DNA of 64,000 nt. It comes from Schmidtea polychroa (lineage: Eukaryota). The stretch lies in contig CM097885.1 in the NCBI GenBank assembly GCA_044892525.1, forward strand, positions 248,001 to 312,000, in the 5' to 3' direction. Under the pieces are notes generated by a model. It did not search any database. It saw only the letters and a list, made by a program, of their open reading frames with translations, and was not told the DNA's origin. How positions within the stretch are numbered: the stretch's first letter is position 1; every line of letters starts with the position of its first letter. This document shows, piece by piece, positions 35,901-45,161 of this stretch. The position numbers were made by a program, and so were the translations under genes.

Positions 35901-35992
35901 GTTATGAACGTTGCCAACTTGTTCGCATTCCCGTTAAACGGTTCGCCTCTAAATTTTTCTTTATACTCGTCGGTTTTTACCACATTCATCAT
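29888..35992 (-). CDS. gag: Polyprotein part 1: Gag (capsid, 3 CCHC knuckles) - ubiquitin-like domains - Bcl-2-like domain - envelope glycoprotein ectodomain
   Basis: Retrotransposon capsid motifs (PFNG..F..F..GW..L..SA..W..F..RKQ..ESI..Y..FIEGL) and three CX2CX4HX4C at 35087-35239. The frame stays open without an ATG up to ~36415. Env-like part starts after the hydrophobic MMTMMIWMLCTSGAAG at 31207. Confidence 0.9.
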   Translation of the reverse strand: MMNVVKTDEYKEKFRGEPFNGNANKLATFITNFEVYIDVCGWTAEAISKRMPLFLCDSALEVYLEAKERNTKLDNWENIKTFLRKTFGASKPINQALGELASRKQRANESITLYASELRRLATKAMNGNLPEENLIGYFIEGLRREEVRASVGCQMCKTLEEAIDWATRCELHLPAQMNVMQEEGRIAAATAKTENGDNNNHEPKMNQFIPGAHQIFKPPQGRSNGNNSERNNSNNGNNFNNRRNTNDNKQCRTCGKPGHWYRDCYRNANCNRCGRRGHTENICQLRGCFNCGQPGHISRDCRERGQQQRPPQRNNNYAPNPQRQSNPSEGKQMNVMQEISQMKQMMQQMMRPRQEPVPQQTQNIRLMRSTENLNNYEVQQHAQEWQRLQAEEERIKRERIQQRQEQPLRINMMRMVKEIKEQYCYNYGKNPRVVPLIEPETPKETITEAKKENPTTPLKGNQRIQKIFWKKIKDKIEKEHEKIKTGVEAENNENEKQINHLNHNMIQELDSEELTIFENQKLKKVPRMRNLRINMMRTTKKVLSTDDDEDNVSSLGGEILQLNENIEQLKKKIGEDEEKSESDVASESEDENIEMKLRKEKEEAIKQVKEILPVVVRNQDFIDIIPYRRFIQKIMKLERNEKDLIPSEEKAIIKKYMEKIRNKIGTSKGLERIWIKNTVTDDLFDWIREHLGSSRKKEYLYQYQGEQIKPDMHLIDALIWPGETQILKLHKEKQPTNVHEWAKDAKAEYDFNIKLKLEQIKQCTLRRNLDKLIKQIQEQVEDNWDLLIARRTPDMHELMSRLRDTELLRMSDWRTINLIHKYGRLKETQPQKLEITIWLPNEEKRRIKMSNQSTVDDLVTKINQEITEKVRSESSDGMIDDVVMMYDKIILRAEDDTSLSEMGMWDNHQIIRILPMDEFRTRDVTYQKEIRDRMKTLYQKSVEIIEIHQQWLKEKELQGKIKKLSTRSCRRTPWERMWNAENKEWEVRKGIFVETDIGETESKSEEEEDEPPKYEEEEKEPVSDEESETDVTSESETETRHIHAMRKKEREYADMDSEEAMEAREREEKERYKQLGDILATGTKNQKRQVVALANIILKTSENIHNLREMAKAIEEYRQYNEWYPEQLEQIIRKWRNQEWAQDTQERYRIRVKYPDKSIEDIEVHPTTKIRELKKKLAYETPFHLQLFGKSLDDNADVGITPMRLGEINVLTMAETLGKPIKRKSKSSKTTKGSLSTPSPNKVASKSNETEEIEEIILEDSDEGAGERSPILVRWPTGAEIWTTSQPSTSYQQPNKLNIEEIIDNTTETETDEQFQRPKGPTKATPEGQTDKIIDEWNEWLRNNDSSLPRTDNERNPNYETTREAGTMMEKRAKGRPKKQGEKPEFKTREQLKQEQGQVRLKKLDKIVWDLKEAQPTIERGEKWIRELVKDMLIITNPQLRRLWQRKVASVDARQLWNTISGIIPKLIKEKTKTTKTDWEETRRVIEQLTLNANDDEHHLVVLTYLMYNLMGLAARKIPNKQFANHVEMTVTIIENTIEPHIIRAGGWKRLIQAPRKNEQERSMQIRLKKLLNELEWELPLKDPASRKASINSLMMTMMIWMLCTSGAAGFTIYDCDNSIIGERYSLRDIEECRQASPNKLDIVKKKVSYHVYQESDFIRTQARECVVSKKVLAYYCGQYSYSTLILPGLDKEIVPIQREDCKELFRTGAMRIRDGVTIHGQSGMIKTESIYVAGRVKSTDGSCNGGTYTIRGEVISGVVVIESYTVELKEYEAQFDANNYQMKTNPACRATENVCRTGISTIIYEANTQKCRLQLLKSALFNEVKGEIYENEDDDEENGNVRMRNGKPVPPSPKEKRLTTQKTPTALITDDPDIGMRFIREKETTECDSIVYRTNYAGIYMSRQVIDRAVGKVSTEDVKLYLYANNKMDFLFHRGQTTMQKVYYDLIQNDCSLNKEILKTKLAIAITHPDNTMPSLPLPDGHFGRMVGEVMYVPRRLRDCQENPQYHQGNAQTSWKLVTKGKTDSFNPSLEL

Positions 35993-37270
35993 GACTGGTT
36001 CTTGTAACTCTATTGTTTCTTTTAAATTTTCCAGCGGTGTCGCTAAATTATGGACGGATAATTCTTCTGTTGACCCGGTTAGGTTGTTTGATATATCGGA
36101 TAGGCTTTCTCTGCTTCTAGATCGACTAGGGGTGTATCCGAGGTTTTCTTGGTCAAATGTTGGTACTTGATTTGTTCTTTTTGCTCCTTGTGATCTTCCT
36201 CTTTGCTGTTTTATGGATCGTCCTCTTCTGAGCTGTTCTAGTTCGTCTCCTGAAATTAATACGTCTCTCGACTTACTTGAGGATCTGAGATTCAGTTTCT
36301 CCGTGGTTCCTTTATACGCCTCTCTATCGTCTCTTAAGGGTTTCTCGGCAATTATCGGCTGCTGACTTGAGCGAATTCGGTTTTGTCGGTGTTCCGAGTC
36401 CTTGGCAATTGGTTGTTAGCGTTATGAGACGTCTTCCGTTCTTGGAATCTTCGGGTTGTGTTACTCCTACTGAGCGGGTTCTGGATTGGTTATTTCTAGT
36501 TGGTCGTTGATTTCTTCGAATTCCTTTGTGCAGGTTCTGGATTGGCTTGATTGACTGGATTGGTTTGGTATCTAAAATGAAAAAATGATCTCGTGTTGCA
36601 TCTGCTCACACGACTTCATCATTCTTTCTTCAACATTCAAACACAGACACCGTTTAGGGCCTCTGTTATACTTCTCCTTATTTCCCCATACAATTTCTCG
36701 TGGATTATAGTCACCCATCAACCCATAGTTTTCGTCGATTTTAAATTATCTATTTAGGGTAGTAATAATTATCTATATGGTCGTATGAATCATCTATAAT
36801 TATCATTTATAATATCGATAGGTCGTTGTCAGTTACTGCTTATCACCCCCCATATTCTCTTAATCCTTTTACGCGGTTCCGCTATTTTACTTAATCTTTC
36901 GTCTCTGTTCCCCTTCACTCGGTTCTACTCTGAACCAAAAAAAAAAAAAAAATCGGATTCGTTTATCCGGTTTAAACCAAAATTCTGTAGACTTTTGTCT
37001 ACTTACTTGGGATCCCCTTTAATTAATTAATTACCTTCCTTTTTACTCGTCATTTATTCCCACTTATTCTCTACTTTTACTATCTCTTCAATTCATTTTC
37101 CTTTTCTGATTCTCCTTTTCTACTAAAAGGGTTTTACTTTCATCTTCTACGAGCTCGTTTAATCCTTTCTAAATTCGACTTCTCGTATCCCAATTCAATT
37201 TGTTTCTAGCTAGCTTAATATTCTATCTCATTATCAACTTAAATATTATCCAATCATTTTCTAGGCCTTT

Positions 37271-37625
37271 ACGACTGGCTGGCACTTTTCAACAGCTCAA
37301 TCTTCTTCCTTCTGACCGGTTGGACTATTCGACAACTCGATCTTACGACTGGCTGGCACTATTCAACAGCTCAATCTTCTTCCTTCTGACCGGTTGGACT
37401 ATTCGACAACTCGATCTTACGACTGGCTGGCACTATTCAACAGCTCAATCTTCTTCCTCTCCAAACTGGCTGGACTTTTCACAGCTCAGTTTTTAATTTT
37501 TTTTCCTGACCGGCTGGACTTCTCGACAGCTCGGCCTTAATATCTCCCGACTGGCTGGACTTTTCACAGCTCAGTTTCAATTTCCCTGGCCGGCGGGACT
37601 ATTCAACAGCTCGGCCTTAATATCT
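37271..37625. repeat. Tandem repeat in the 5' leader (74-bp unit built from ~35-39 bp subunits)
   Basis: ACGACTGGCTGGCAC.. recurs at 37271, 37345 and 37419; degenerate (C/T)GGCTGGAC..TTC.ACAGCTC subunits continue to ~37625. Confidence 0.9.
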
Positions 37626-38198
37626 TCGACTCTGCATGCTGCTATCTTTTCTTTACCTTTATTCTAGACTGTCATCTCTCCTTTTATTTTTACTTTTTAT
37701 TTGTCGATCTAATCTGTGCCGCTTGAGAATGTTTCCCCTTTCCCCCCTTGCTCAAAACGCAAAACGATCGCATTGATCCATTTCTACATTGGTATGGTGA
37801 TCAGTCATACCGCAGAAACTTTTCAATATTCGCGATGGTACCTCGCCTTACATCTCTTACTCGGGGTGATCGGTTATCCCTTCCCAACCGGTTTTCGTGT
37901 ATCGTACCTCCCGAAGGTGGCTCGGTTTATTCCCCCTTTACTCCTATGTTGGGACTAGCTCCACTTTATTTTATTTGTTCAAATTAAATTTATAGATGCT
38001 CTCTCTCTATGGTGAAAATTATCATAAAGTTACTGAATTCACAATAAAATGAACACGCAAAACATTCTATTCATTAGTTGGCTTAAATCACATGCAATAT
38101 ACAAATTTACTAGAAAATTGTTGATACATCAATTAAATATAAAGGATTTAGTCAAATCGTCAATCAGATCAATTCTTTCACCGAGTGCTGCTCGCGTG

Positions 38199-38678
38199 TT
38201 AACTGAAGTAAATCGTGTGCTTCTCCTTTATTGCACATACACATAAAGAACAATGCGTTAAACTGACGGCGCATTCGTCGCAATGGCTAAGGTGTCCACA
38301 AGGTAGCATTAGAATTCTGGCAGGTCGCGTCTTACAAATGTTACAAGTTCTCAAGGCCGCTGCTTTTTCTATTATCGAGGTTCGTATTCTCTGAGATAGA
38401 GTTTTTACTTGTTCGCGTATTTTCACATATTCGAGGTTCAGAGCGGGGTCGTCGAGTCGTTGCTGCATCCATTGGTAATGGACAGACAAGTCGGTGTCGG
38501 TATTTGTTGACCCCAATCTGTCGGTTAGAAAGTTTTGTTTGGATATCAGCGGTGCGTTGTGGCGTTGTTGCTCTAGGGTTTCTATTTGTTGCAGTTTTTC
38601 TCTTAACGTCTTTATGGAATCGTTTTCTATGTCGACGAACCGGCTTAGTCGTTGTAGATGTTTCCTAGCTTCTGACAT
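38199..38678 (-). CDS. Coiled-coil + C-terminal IAP-type RING finger protein, upstream of gag
   Basis: CNIC..ARILMLPCGHLSHCDECAVSLTHCSLC..IKEKHTIYFS* matches the C-terminal RING layout and aromatic tail of IAP-like ligases; no BIR domain; acceptor TTTTTTAG 2 nt before the ATG. Confidence 0.85.
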   Translation of the reverse strand: MSEARKHLQRLSRFVDIENDSIKTLREKLQQIETLEQQRHNAPLISKQNFLTDRLGSTNTDTDLSVHYQWMQQRLDDPALNLEYVKIREQVKTLSQRIRTSIIEKAAALRTCNICKTRPARILMLPCGHLSHCDECAVSLTHCSLCVCAIKEKHTIYFS

Positions 38679-39087
38679 ATCTAAAAAAGTATGTTGTCAT
38701 TACTCGGTCTCACTTATAAAAATAAAAATAATATTATCGTGTTATAATCAATGTTCGTTTGGCTTTGTTCGCTATTGTTTCTAGTTTATGTATTTTATTC
38801 AATCTCTAATAATTCTTTTTTAATTTAATTCATTTAAAATTAAACAAAATTAGTCAATTCCCATTTTCTCTTCTCTTCATATTCAATCACATTCATTCAA
38901 ACTTATTTAGGTTCGTTTTTGTTCATAGCATGTTCTATTTTACGCAAAGACAGTTCGCATCATCATCTTAATACACTATAATATCAATTCATTTCAGTCC
39001 CGATTCCCTTTTTTATTATAATTAATTAAATTGTTAGTCTAACACATCGTAATACAGTAATAGGCAATCAAACAATTCGAAATCACA

Positions 39088-39105
39088 ATCCCGGCTGAGC
39101 CCCCA
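39088..39105 (-). promoter_or_regulatory. Primer binding site complementary to tRNA-Pro 3' end
   Basis: Minus strand TGGGGGCTCAGCCGGGAT, 16/18 identical to the classical tRNA-Pro PBS TGGGGGCTCGTCCGGGAT; 7 nt from the 5' LTR. Confidence 0.85.
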
Positions 39106-39112
39106 AAAATCA

Positions 39113-42100
39113 TGTTGGCGTATGTGGGGAAAGAGAAAATATGCCCACCTGATCATCATACATCCCAAGTACTCTCTTCCGCTCCGATACTTCCCATACA
39201 TACTCCAAAATGATCAAATACATATTCCCACGTATGAGCCCGTGGTGGTGTTCCACGTTGGTGCTGCTCACACGGGTTGGAAAAGGTTAGCAGGTGAGCC
39301 CCTGCCTTAGGACTACTCCTAACCCTTTCTCGGTTCGGGTTCCATGGTGCCATAGAAGGTCTTACCCGTTTCTTCGCTCCTAATTCAGTCCAACCCTGGT
39401 CCAAAGGGACGACATTTGCGCTCGTACTATGTCTCCAGGAGCACCTTTTACTCAAATCAACCACAGCAAATCACACATACCATGAAAAAAAAAATCAAAG
39501 ACTTCAAACAGTTGTATTAAAGAGAAACATAAAAATACATTCACCATTAATTAAATAAGAACAAAACATCAAAGGTCATGTACAGGATAACGTCAACTTC
39601 TCCGAGTTCCTTCATACCGCACAAAGATTGAGACAAATGAGAAAAAGGAATTCATTACGAAAACACTTCTCCTTCTGCGATCATTTCGTCAATGTCGACG
39701 GGCAACCGGCGATCTTCGAGGAATTTGATGACGTCGGCCGGAACTACCCGAAATACTTCTTTCGTAGGGATAGAATGGGTGATTGTAATTTCCTTGATCG
39801 TCGATTTGGCTGCAGATAACGATGCCTCGAGCGCAGAAGAGTTTTCTCAGCAGTTGTAGGAGTAGTCATCTAAAGAATGAGAAGTCCTTTATTTACATCA
39901 TTAAAATCCTTTCTACTATTTGTTTTCTTTTTATCGTGAGCTTTATCCTGCCACATGTGCATACAATCAGGATTGTCCCCCACATCCATACCTTTGACAT
40001 CACTTAACTCATCCAAACCGTAAACCTTCAAATCAACTCATCATATCGTTCGTAAGGAAGAAAAAAAAAATGAGAACCATCACACGTTATTTCTCTACCC
40101 ATATTGATATTGTACCTAGGTTCCTGGGTCGACAGTTATCATCTAATCGCAATCAGTTACTCCTTACCACTAATATATTTTTTCACTTTTATTTATTATG
40201 ACCCATTGAAGGTGTGTCTACTCCCTTGCTATTATGGCTTATTGAGTTATGCCTGCTTTAATTTAGAAGAAGTAGTTCCATGCTGTTGATGCATTTTTGC
40301 GCTGTGTTAGGTTAAAACGAATGTGTTAAAAATTATTGTAAGTATTAATTTCCCCCATAAATTATAATTTAATTATTTAAATTTTCGCATTTTATGTTGT
40401 CATAACGACGCATATTAGTATGTAGTTGTGTACTGGTTTCAGACTCTACCTGATGTGCGCTAATGTGTATTATTTAGTTTTACTCAATTATCGCTGTCCT
40501 CTCTTAGCAAATTCTAGACATTGTGTCGGTTAGTGTACTTGATCTCGTCGCTTATTTATGCATGCCTACGGACACATGCTACTATGACGCAATGATGATG
40601 TCGACTCACTCACGTCCCATGTATTAGTGGATTTATCTGTGTGTGGGTTTGGGTCTGCTTATCTCAGTTATAACATTATTAGCAGATGGGCTAGACGAAC
40701 GGAAGATAAGGAGTCAGACTTATAGAAATAACGATTGTTATGATTTCAAGATGGCCTAAATCTGTTATCGGGTAGCAAATGGATTTAATTTCTATCTCTC
40801 TCGTGAATGTTGACTATTCTCAAAAACCTAATCGTTTCATCGACTTGGCGCAAATCGTTCCACAATCGAACCGCTGGAATATTTTATCTACGCTACTTGC
40901 CTCTCTGCAATAGTCGTTTCTCGATCAGATGGAAAATTTATTGATAATTTGTTCGGAATGGTCGATGAAAATTTCCTTTAGGACTGTAGTAAGTGCTTAT
41001 GATTAATTAGAACTTTGCTGTTTACTTTCCTGTCAGGACGAATCCTTATCGATGACAGTAGCTAATCGAAGGTTGATAACTAAGTCTCCTACTCGTCCAA
41101 TAACATATCACCGCGACGGGTTGAATCGCTAACGTTCTCTTAATTTATCAATTCTTGGAAATATAGAATGCTCCAGATTTTTTATCATTCATCAAGAAAA
41201 CGAAAATGGACGTTAGAATTATCAGTGAGGTTCGAGAATTTCATTACCCTCAAGGATAGTCGGTGTTCATATTCTGACGAAAAGAAGTCACCTAGCTCTA
41301 AATTGAATATGGCCGAACTCAAACTCGGATTAAATATCGAGAAATGTCGTCAATCTCCTAGAATTTTCAGTCAGCACGTTGTCGGCATCGAAACAGTATC
41401 GCTCAGAAGTTTCCTCAATCGAAAGTTTGCGACGGCTAATTCTCCAGATAGCACTCGATGAAAGGATCATTGACTCGATTCGTTTTCTCTCACAGGGTTT
41501 CCTCACCCCTCACAACCCACCCAAGGACAGTACGCATTTCTGCCCACTGCCCTTGGACCGTCGTGAAGGACAACTCGACCCGACTTATCTCAAATCCTTC
41601 TCCAATAAATGTGCAATTAATAAATTCATATATGATCAAACAAATATGGGAATAATGAAATTAAAAGAAAAATCAAATAAATAAATGTTTACCTGGCGGC
41701 CACGCCAGCCGGATTCCGGGTATGATGACTCTTGCTAACGTAGGTTTTTACATTCATTTAGCAATCATTGTAATACTAATATCCATGTAGATACTTGGCT
41801 GGTTCGGTCAGTGCAATTTCTGAGTATTCATATTCATAAGCTCTCTCTGAAAATGCATACGTAATTTAGCCGCATCATACCCGAGCTCCAGAGGACGTCG
41901 TCGCCAGCATCATAGAGAGAAAGCAACATCTTTTGGTTTTAAATATAAATTTTATTGAAAAATAAAACGTCTTTTGATATTAAATTCATAATAAACATTA
42001 AAAATATCATACTAAAATTCAAAACATAATTTACCAAAATTCTCCGAAGGTGTTGAGATTGAAATCAAAGTCTTGTAAATTTTTCCTTAACGTTTTATTC

Positions 42101-42807
42101 TTCTCAACTGGATTCGATCTCGACTATTATCTGCCTCTAAGTAATATCTGTTATGTCCAAGTATGAATATTGTTCGTAAGTCTGTGCTCGTGAGTGGTTC
42201 CTAGCTTAGTCCTGTAGAGTTTCGGGTTAGAATGATAATTTTAAATAAATTTTACCTGTAGAGTTTCGGGTTAGAATGATACTCTACAGAGTTTTGTTGC
42301 TCTTTATATATATTTTTCCGTCCAATCAGGACACACCTTGCTTGTAATTTTGTTATTTATTATTATTTTATGTTTTTTCTTATCGTAGTATATTATATTT
42401 TAATGACCCTACCTATTTCTATTATTGTTTTATTTATTTTCTTATTTTTTATTATTTTTCTCCTATTTTTTTGTGGTTTTATTGCTATTTTATTGTAACT
42501 TCATTTTTTGTTTTAATTAACCTTATGGATGATTTTATTTTTATTTTGTTTTCCTTTAGTTTTCGTTTGTTTTTCTTAAATTTTGTGCCATTTTATTTCT
42601 CTTTTACTGTTGTGCTCATTGGGTGCCTTCCCTTTTGTCTTATTTCCCCTTTACAGGTTTTGTTATTTTATTTAGTTATTCTTGTTTCTTTATGGATGTT
42701 TAATTTGTTTCTTCCTATGTTTCTCGTAATTTTTATATGTTTTTATTTTATTTACTCTATCTCTTCCTGGGTTCGTTTTTCCAACACCTTCAGAGCTTGG
42801 CCCAACA
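39113..42807 (-). repeat. 5' LTR (3695 bp; 550 bp shorter than the 3' LTR)
   Basis: Direct repeat of 12796-17040 lacking 13518-14068; adjacent to the PBS. Confidence 0.97.
42211..42330 (-). promoter_or_regulatory. Putative LTR core promoter and first mini-intron (same in the 3' LTR at ~16443-16562)
   Basis: CCAAT box (42322-42326), minus-strand TATATAAAG (~42303-42313), Inr-like TCATTC ~30 nt downstream, then a 44-nt GT..AG segment (42255-42212). Confidence 0.5.
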
Positions 42808-43120
42808 GTCCTATCCTAATCCCCCTACCTTTTTTACCCCAAGTTATTTTATTTATGATACTATTCATTATTTAGGTATCTTCATCAATATTATTGTTTA
42901 GTAATTATAATATAATAAATTCTTTCGGGTTTTCCTAATTTAATTTTCTTTTAGATATCTTTTTGGCATTATATTTATTAAAAGCTTGACCATCCGAAGT
43001 GGTTTTTGGCGCGTTTAAAAAGTCCCCTTATTTGTTTTATTTTTAATTGTCTTGTCCCTTATTTTTGCCTTCCTGTGGATGCTGCTGTGTGAGCTGTACG
43101 ACTGAAAATGACAATAAATA

Positions 43121-43180
43121 GATTTGAACCGCTAGGTTCCAAATTATCAGTCGATAACACGCACCGCTGCACCATCCGGC
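43121..43180 (-). other. tRNA-derived remnant (SINE head or tRNA pseudogene), 3'-truncated
   Basis: GCCGGATGGTGCAGCGG (A-box-like), CTGATAA loop, GGTTCAAATC (B-box); no 3' acceptor stem. Confidence 0.4.
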
Positions 43181-43339
43181 AGTGATTATGTAGAAAATTA
43201 TTGACATTTCAGGGGAAAATTCCAGAAATTTTTATCAATGGTTATACGTTAGTAGATGGATTGGGCACCGCTAGCACAGTACCCCCTCCCCCTCCCCCCG
43301 GTCGTAAAATTTTCAAAAAATTCTAAGTCTAAAAGTACA

Positions 43340-43860
43340 TTTTTTTTCAAGGTCAAATTTAAACAAAGACATATGACTCATCAAGGTCATTGAAACAAAG
43401 ACCATGGCTCACCAGATGACTCATCAAATTTCTCAAGGGCATTTAAACAAAGACCATGACTCATCAAGGTCATTTTCAAGGTCGTATGACTCATACTATG
43501 ACTCACCAAGGTCATTTTCAAGGTCATATGACTCATCTGACGAGTCATAAAAATTTTAAAGGTCAGTCTCAAGGTCATATGACTCATCCGATGAGGCATA
43601 AAAATTTTCAAGGTCATTTAAACAAAGACCATGATTCATTCTCAAAGTCATATGACTCATTCAAGGTCATTCTCAAGGTCATATGACTCATTCAAGGACA
43701 TTCTCAAGGTCAAATGACTCATTCACGGTCATTCTCAAGGTCATATGACTCATACTATGACTCATCAAAAATTTTCAAGGTCATCTGAGGCACCCTATGA
43801 CTCATCAAGACCATTTTCAAGGTCGCATGACTCATCTAAGGCCATTCTCAAGGTCATATT
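43340..43860. repeat. Subterminal repeat array of TGACTCA and TCAAGGTCA motifs
   Basis: More than ten copies of each motif (some with one mismatch), interleaved with AAACAAAGAC. Confidence 0.92.
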
Positions 43861-44067
43861 ATTATTTTTAAAAAATATTATTATTTTTATTATTATTTTT
43901 AAAAAATATTATTATTTTTATTATTATTTTTAAAAAAAATTATTATTTTTAATATTTTCAAAGTTCCCGTCAACGAAAATTAATATTCGATAGCTCATTT
44001 TAAAGCTCAATTCAAGGCCTTTCGAATGAGCCATATATCCTGTTATTATGATTATTATTTCTAAAGA

Positions 44068-44269
<202 letters not shown>

Positions 44270-44456
44270 CTATATACACCGAGTCTATATACTCCGAGTC
44301 TATCCGACAAAATATTTTGTCCCCCTATGGGTAATGCTCACAAGGGTACTGGTCACGCTCAACAAATCAACAAATTAACAAAGGTAAACTAAATATTGAT
44401 GTACTACTATTCGCAGCAATATTGTTAGAAATTGGTAACGTTGAATTGATTTTCCA

Positions 44457-44769
44457 CTACCATCCGAGAGATTAAGACTGAACGCCTCTAAGTCTGAATC
44501 TCGCCTAAAAATCATGATATTTTGTGCCATCCTCGTAATGAGGCAATTTTATTATTCATTAACGCAAGTTAGTGGATGTGGCTTAGCCATATATTTAAAC
44601 TCTAACCATTCTATGAAAATAGTTTGGATGTTTGAATCATTTTTAATGATTTACGTGTTGGCATTAAATCGTTTGTAGACGACTTACTTTACGGTCGGGG
44701 AAGCGTAAGAATTCGAGTGGTGTAAACTGCGAGATTTTGAACTTCATCCCCATCTGACGCGATGATTTG
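44457..44769 (+). rRNA. Fragment of the 3' end of eukaryotic 28S (LSU) rRNA, non-functional copy
   Basis: CTACCATCCGAGAGATTAAGACTGAACGCCTCTAAGTCTGAATCTCGCC and TAAATCGTTTGTAGACGACTT..GGTCGGGG..CGTA..GAG..CTGCGA..TTGAA..TCATCCC match conserved LSU 3'-terminal blocks in the correct order. Confidence 0.88.
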
Positions 44770-44941
44770 ATTCTTTAGGAATCATTCATTGTGTAGATAT
44801 GTATTGAGTCTTTATGATTCATTAATGTCTTTTTTAAAATTAACTTTAAATTTCTAGATTGAAATTTAGATTAACTAATTGCCTGCATATTATAGTTTAT
44901 TAACTATATTATGTGGGCTTTTATGCTAAGAAAATTTTCAA

Positions 44942-45161
44942 GGCATTCGGTTAACTGGCTATTGGATGTTTTTTAACCACCATAAGCCAATTAACCCGTG
45001 GTAATAGTGTTTTCAATGCATTCGGTTAACTGGCTATTGGATGTTTATTAACCACCATAAGCCAATTAACCCCGTGGTAATAGTGTTTTCAATGCATTCG
45101 GTTAACTGGCTATTGGATGTTTTTTAACTACCATAATCCAATTAACCCAGTGGTAATAGTC
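44942..45161. repeat. ~77-bp tandem repeat, about 3 copies, overlapping the 3' end of ORF 45128-45562
   Basis: GCATTCGGTTAACTGGCTATTGGATG..CCATAAGCCAATTAACCC.GTGGTAATAGT repeated. Confidence 0.9.

Larger units (their letters stand above)
12796..42807 (-). mobile_element. Giant (30,012 bp) full-length Ty3/Gypsy LTR retroelement with envelope and accessory genes
   Basis: Two near-identical direct LTRs, TGTTGG..CCAACA termini, 4-bp TSD GTCC (12792-12795 and 42808-42811), PBS, gag and PR-RT-RH-IN order. Confidence 0.97.

Noticed and set aside
22285..36170. Many short plus-strand ORFs opposite the polyprotein
   Set aside because: Antisense shadows of an A-rich coding strand with no recognisable motifs.
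37271..37625. Possible CRISPR-like array (also 44942-45161 and 57230-58205)
   Set aside because: Tandem units without unique spacers, no cas genes, eukaryotic context.
43121..43180. Functional tRNA-Ile(GAT) gene
   Set aside because: Acceptor stem 3' half missing and stems poorly paired; kept only as a tRNA-derived remnant.
43387..43933. ORFs with MTH/QGH repeats (also 56978-57536)
   Set aside because: Translations of the subterminal DNA repeat arrays.
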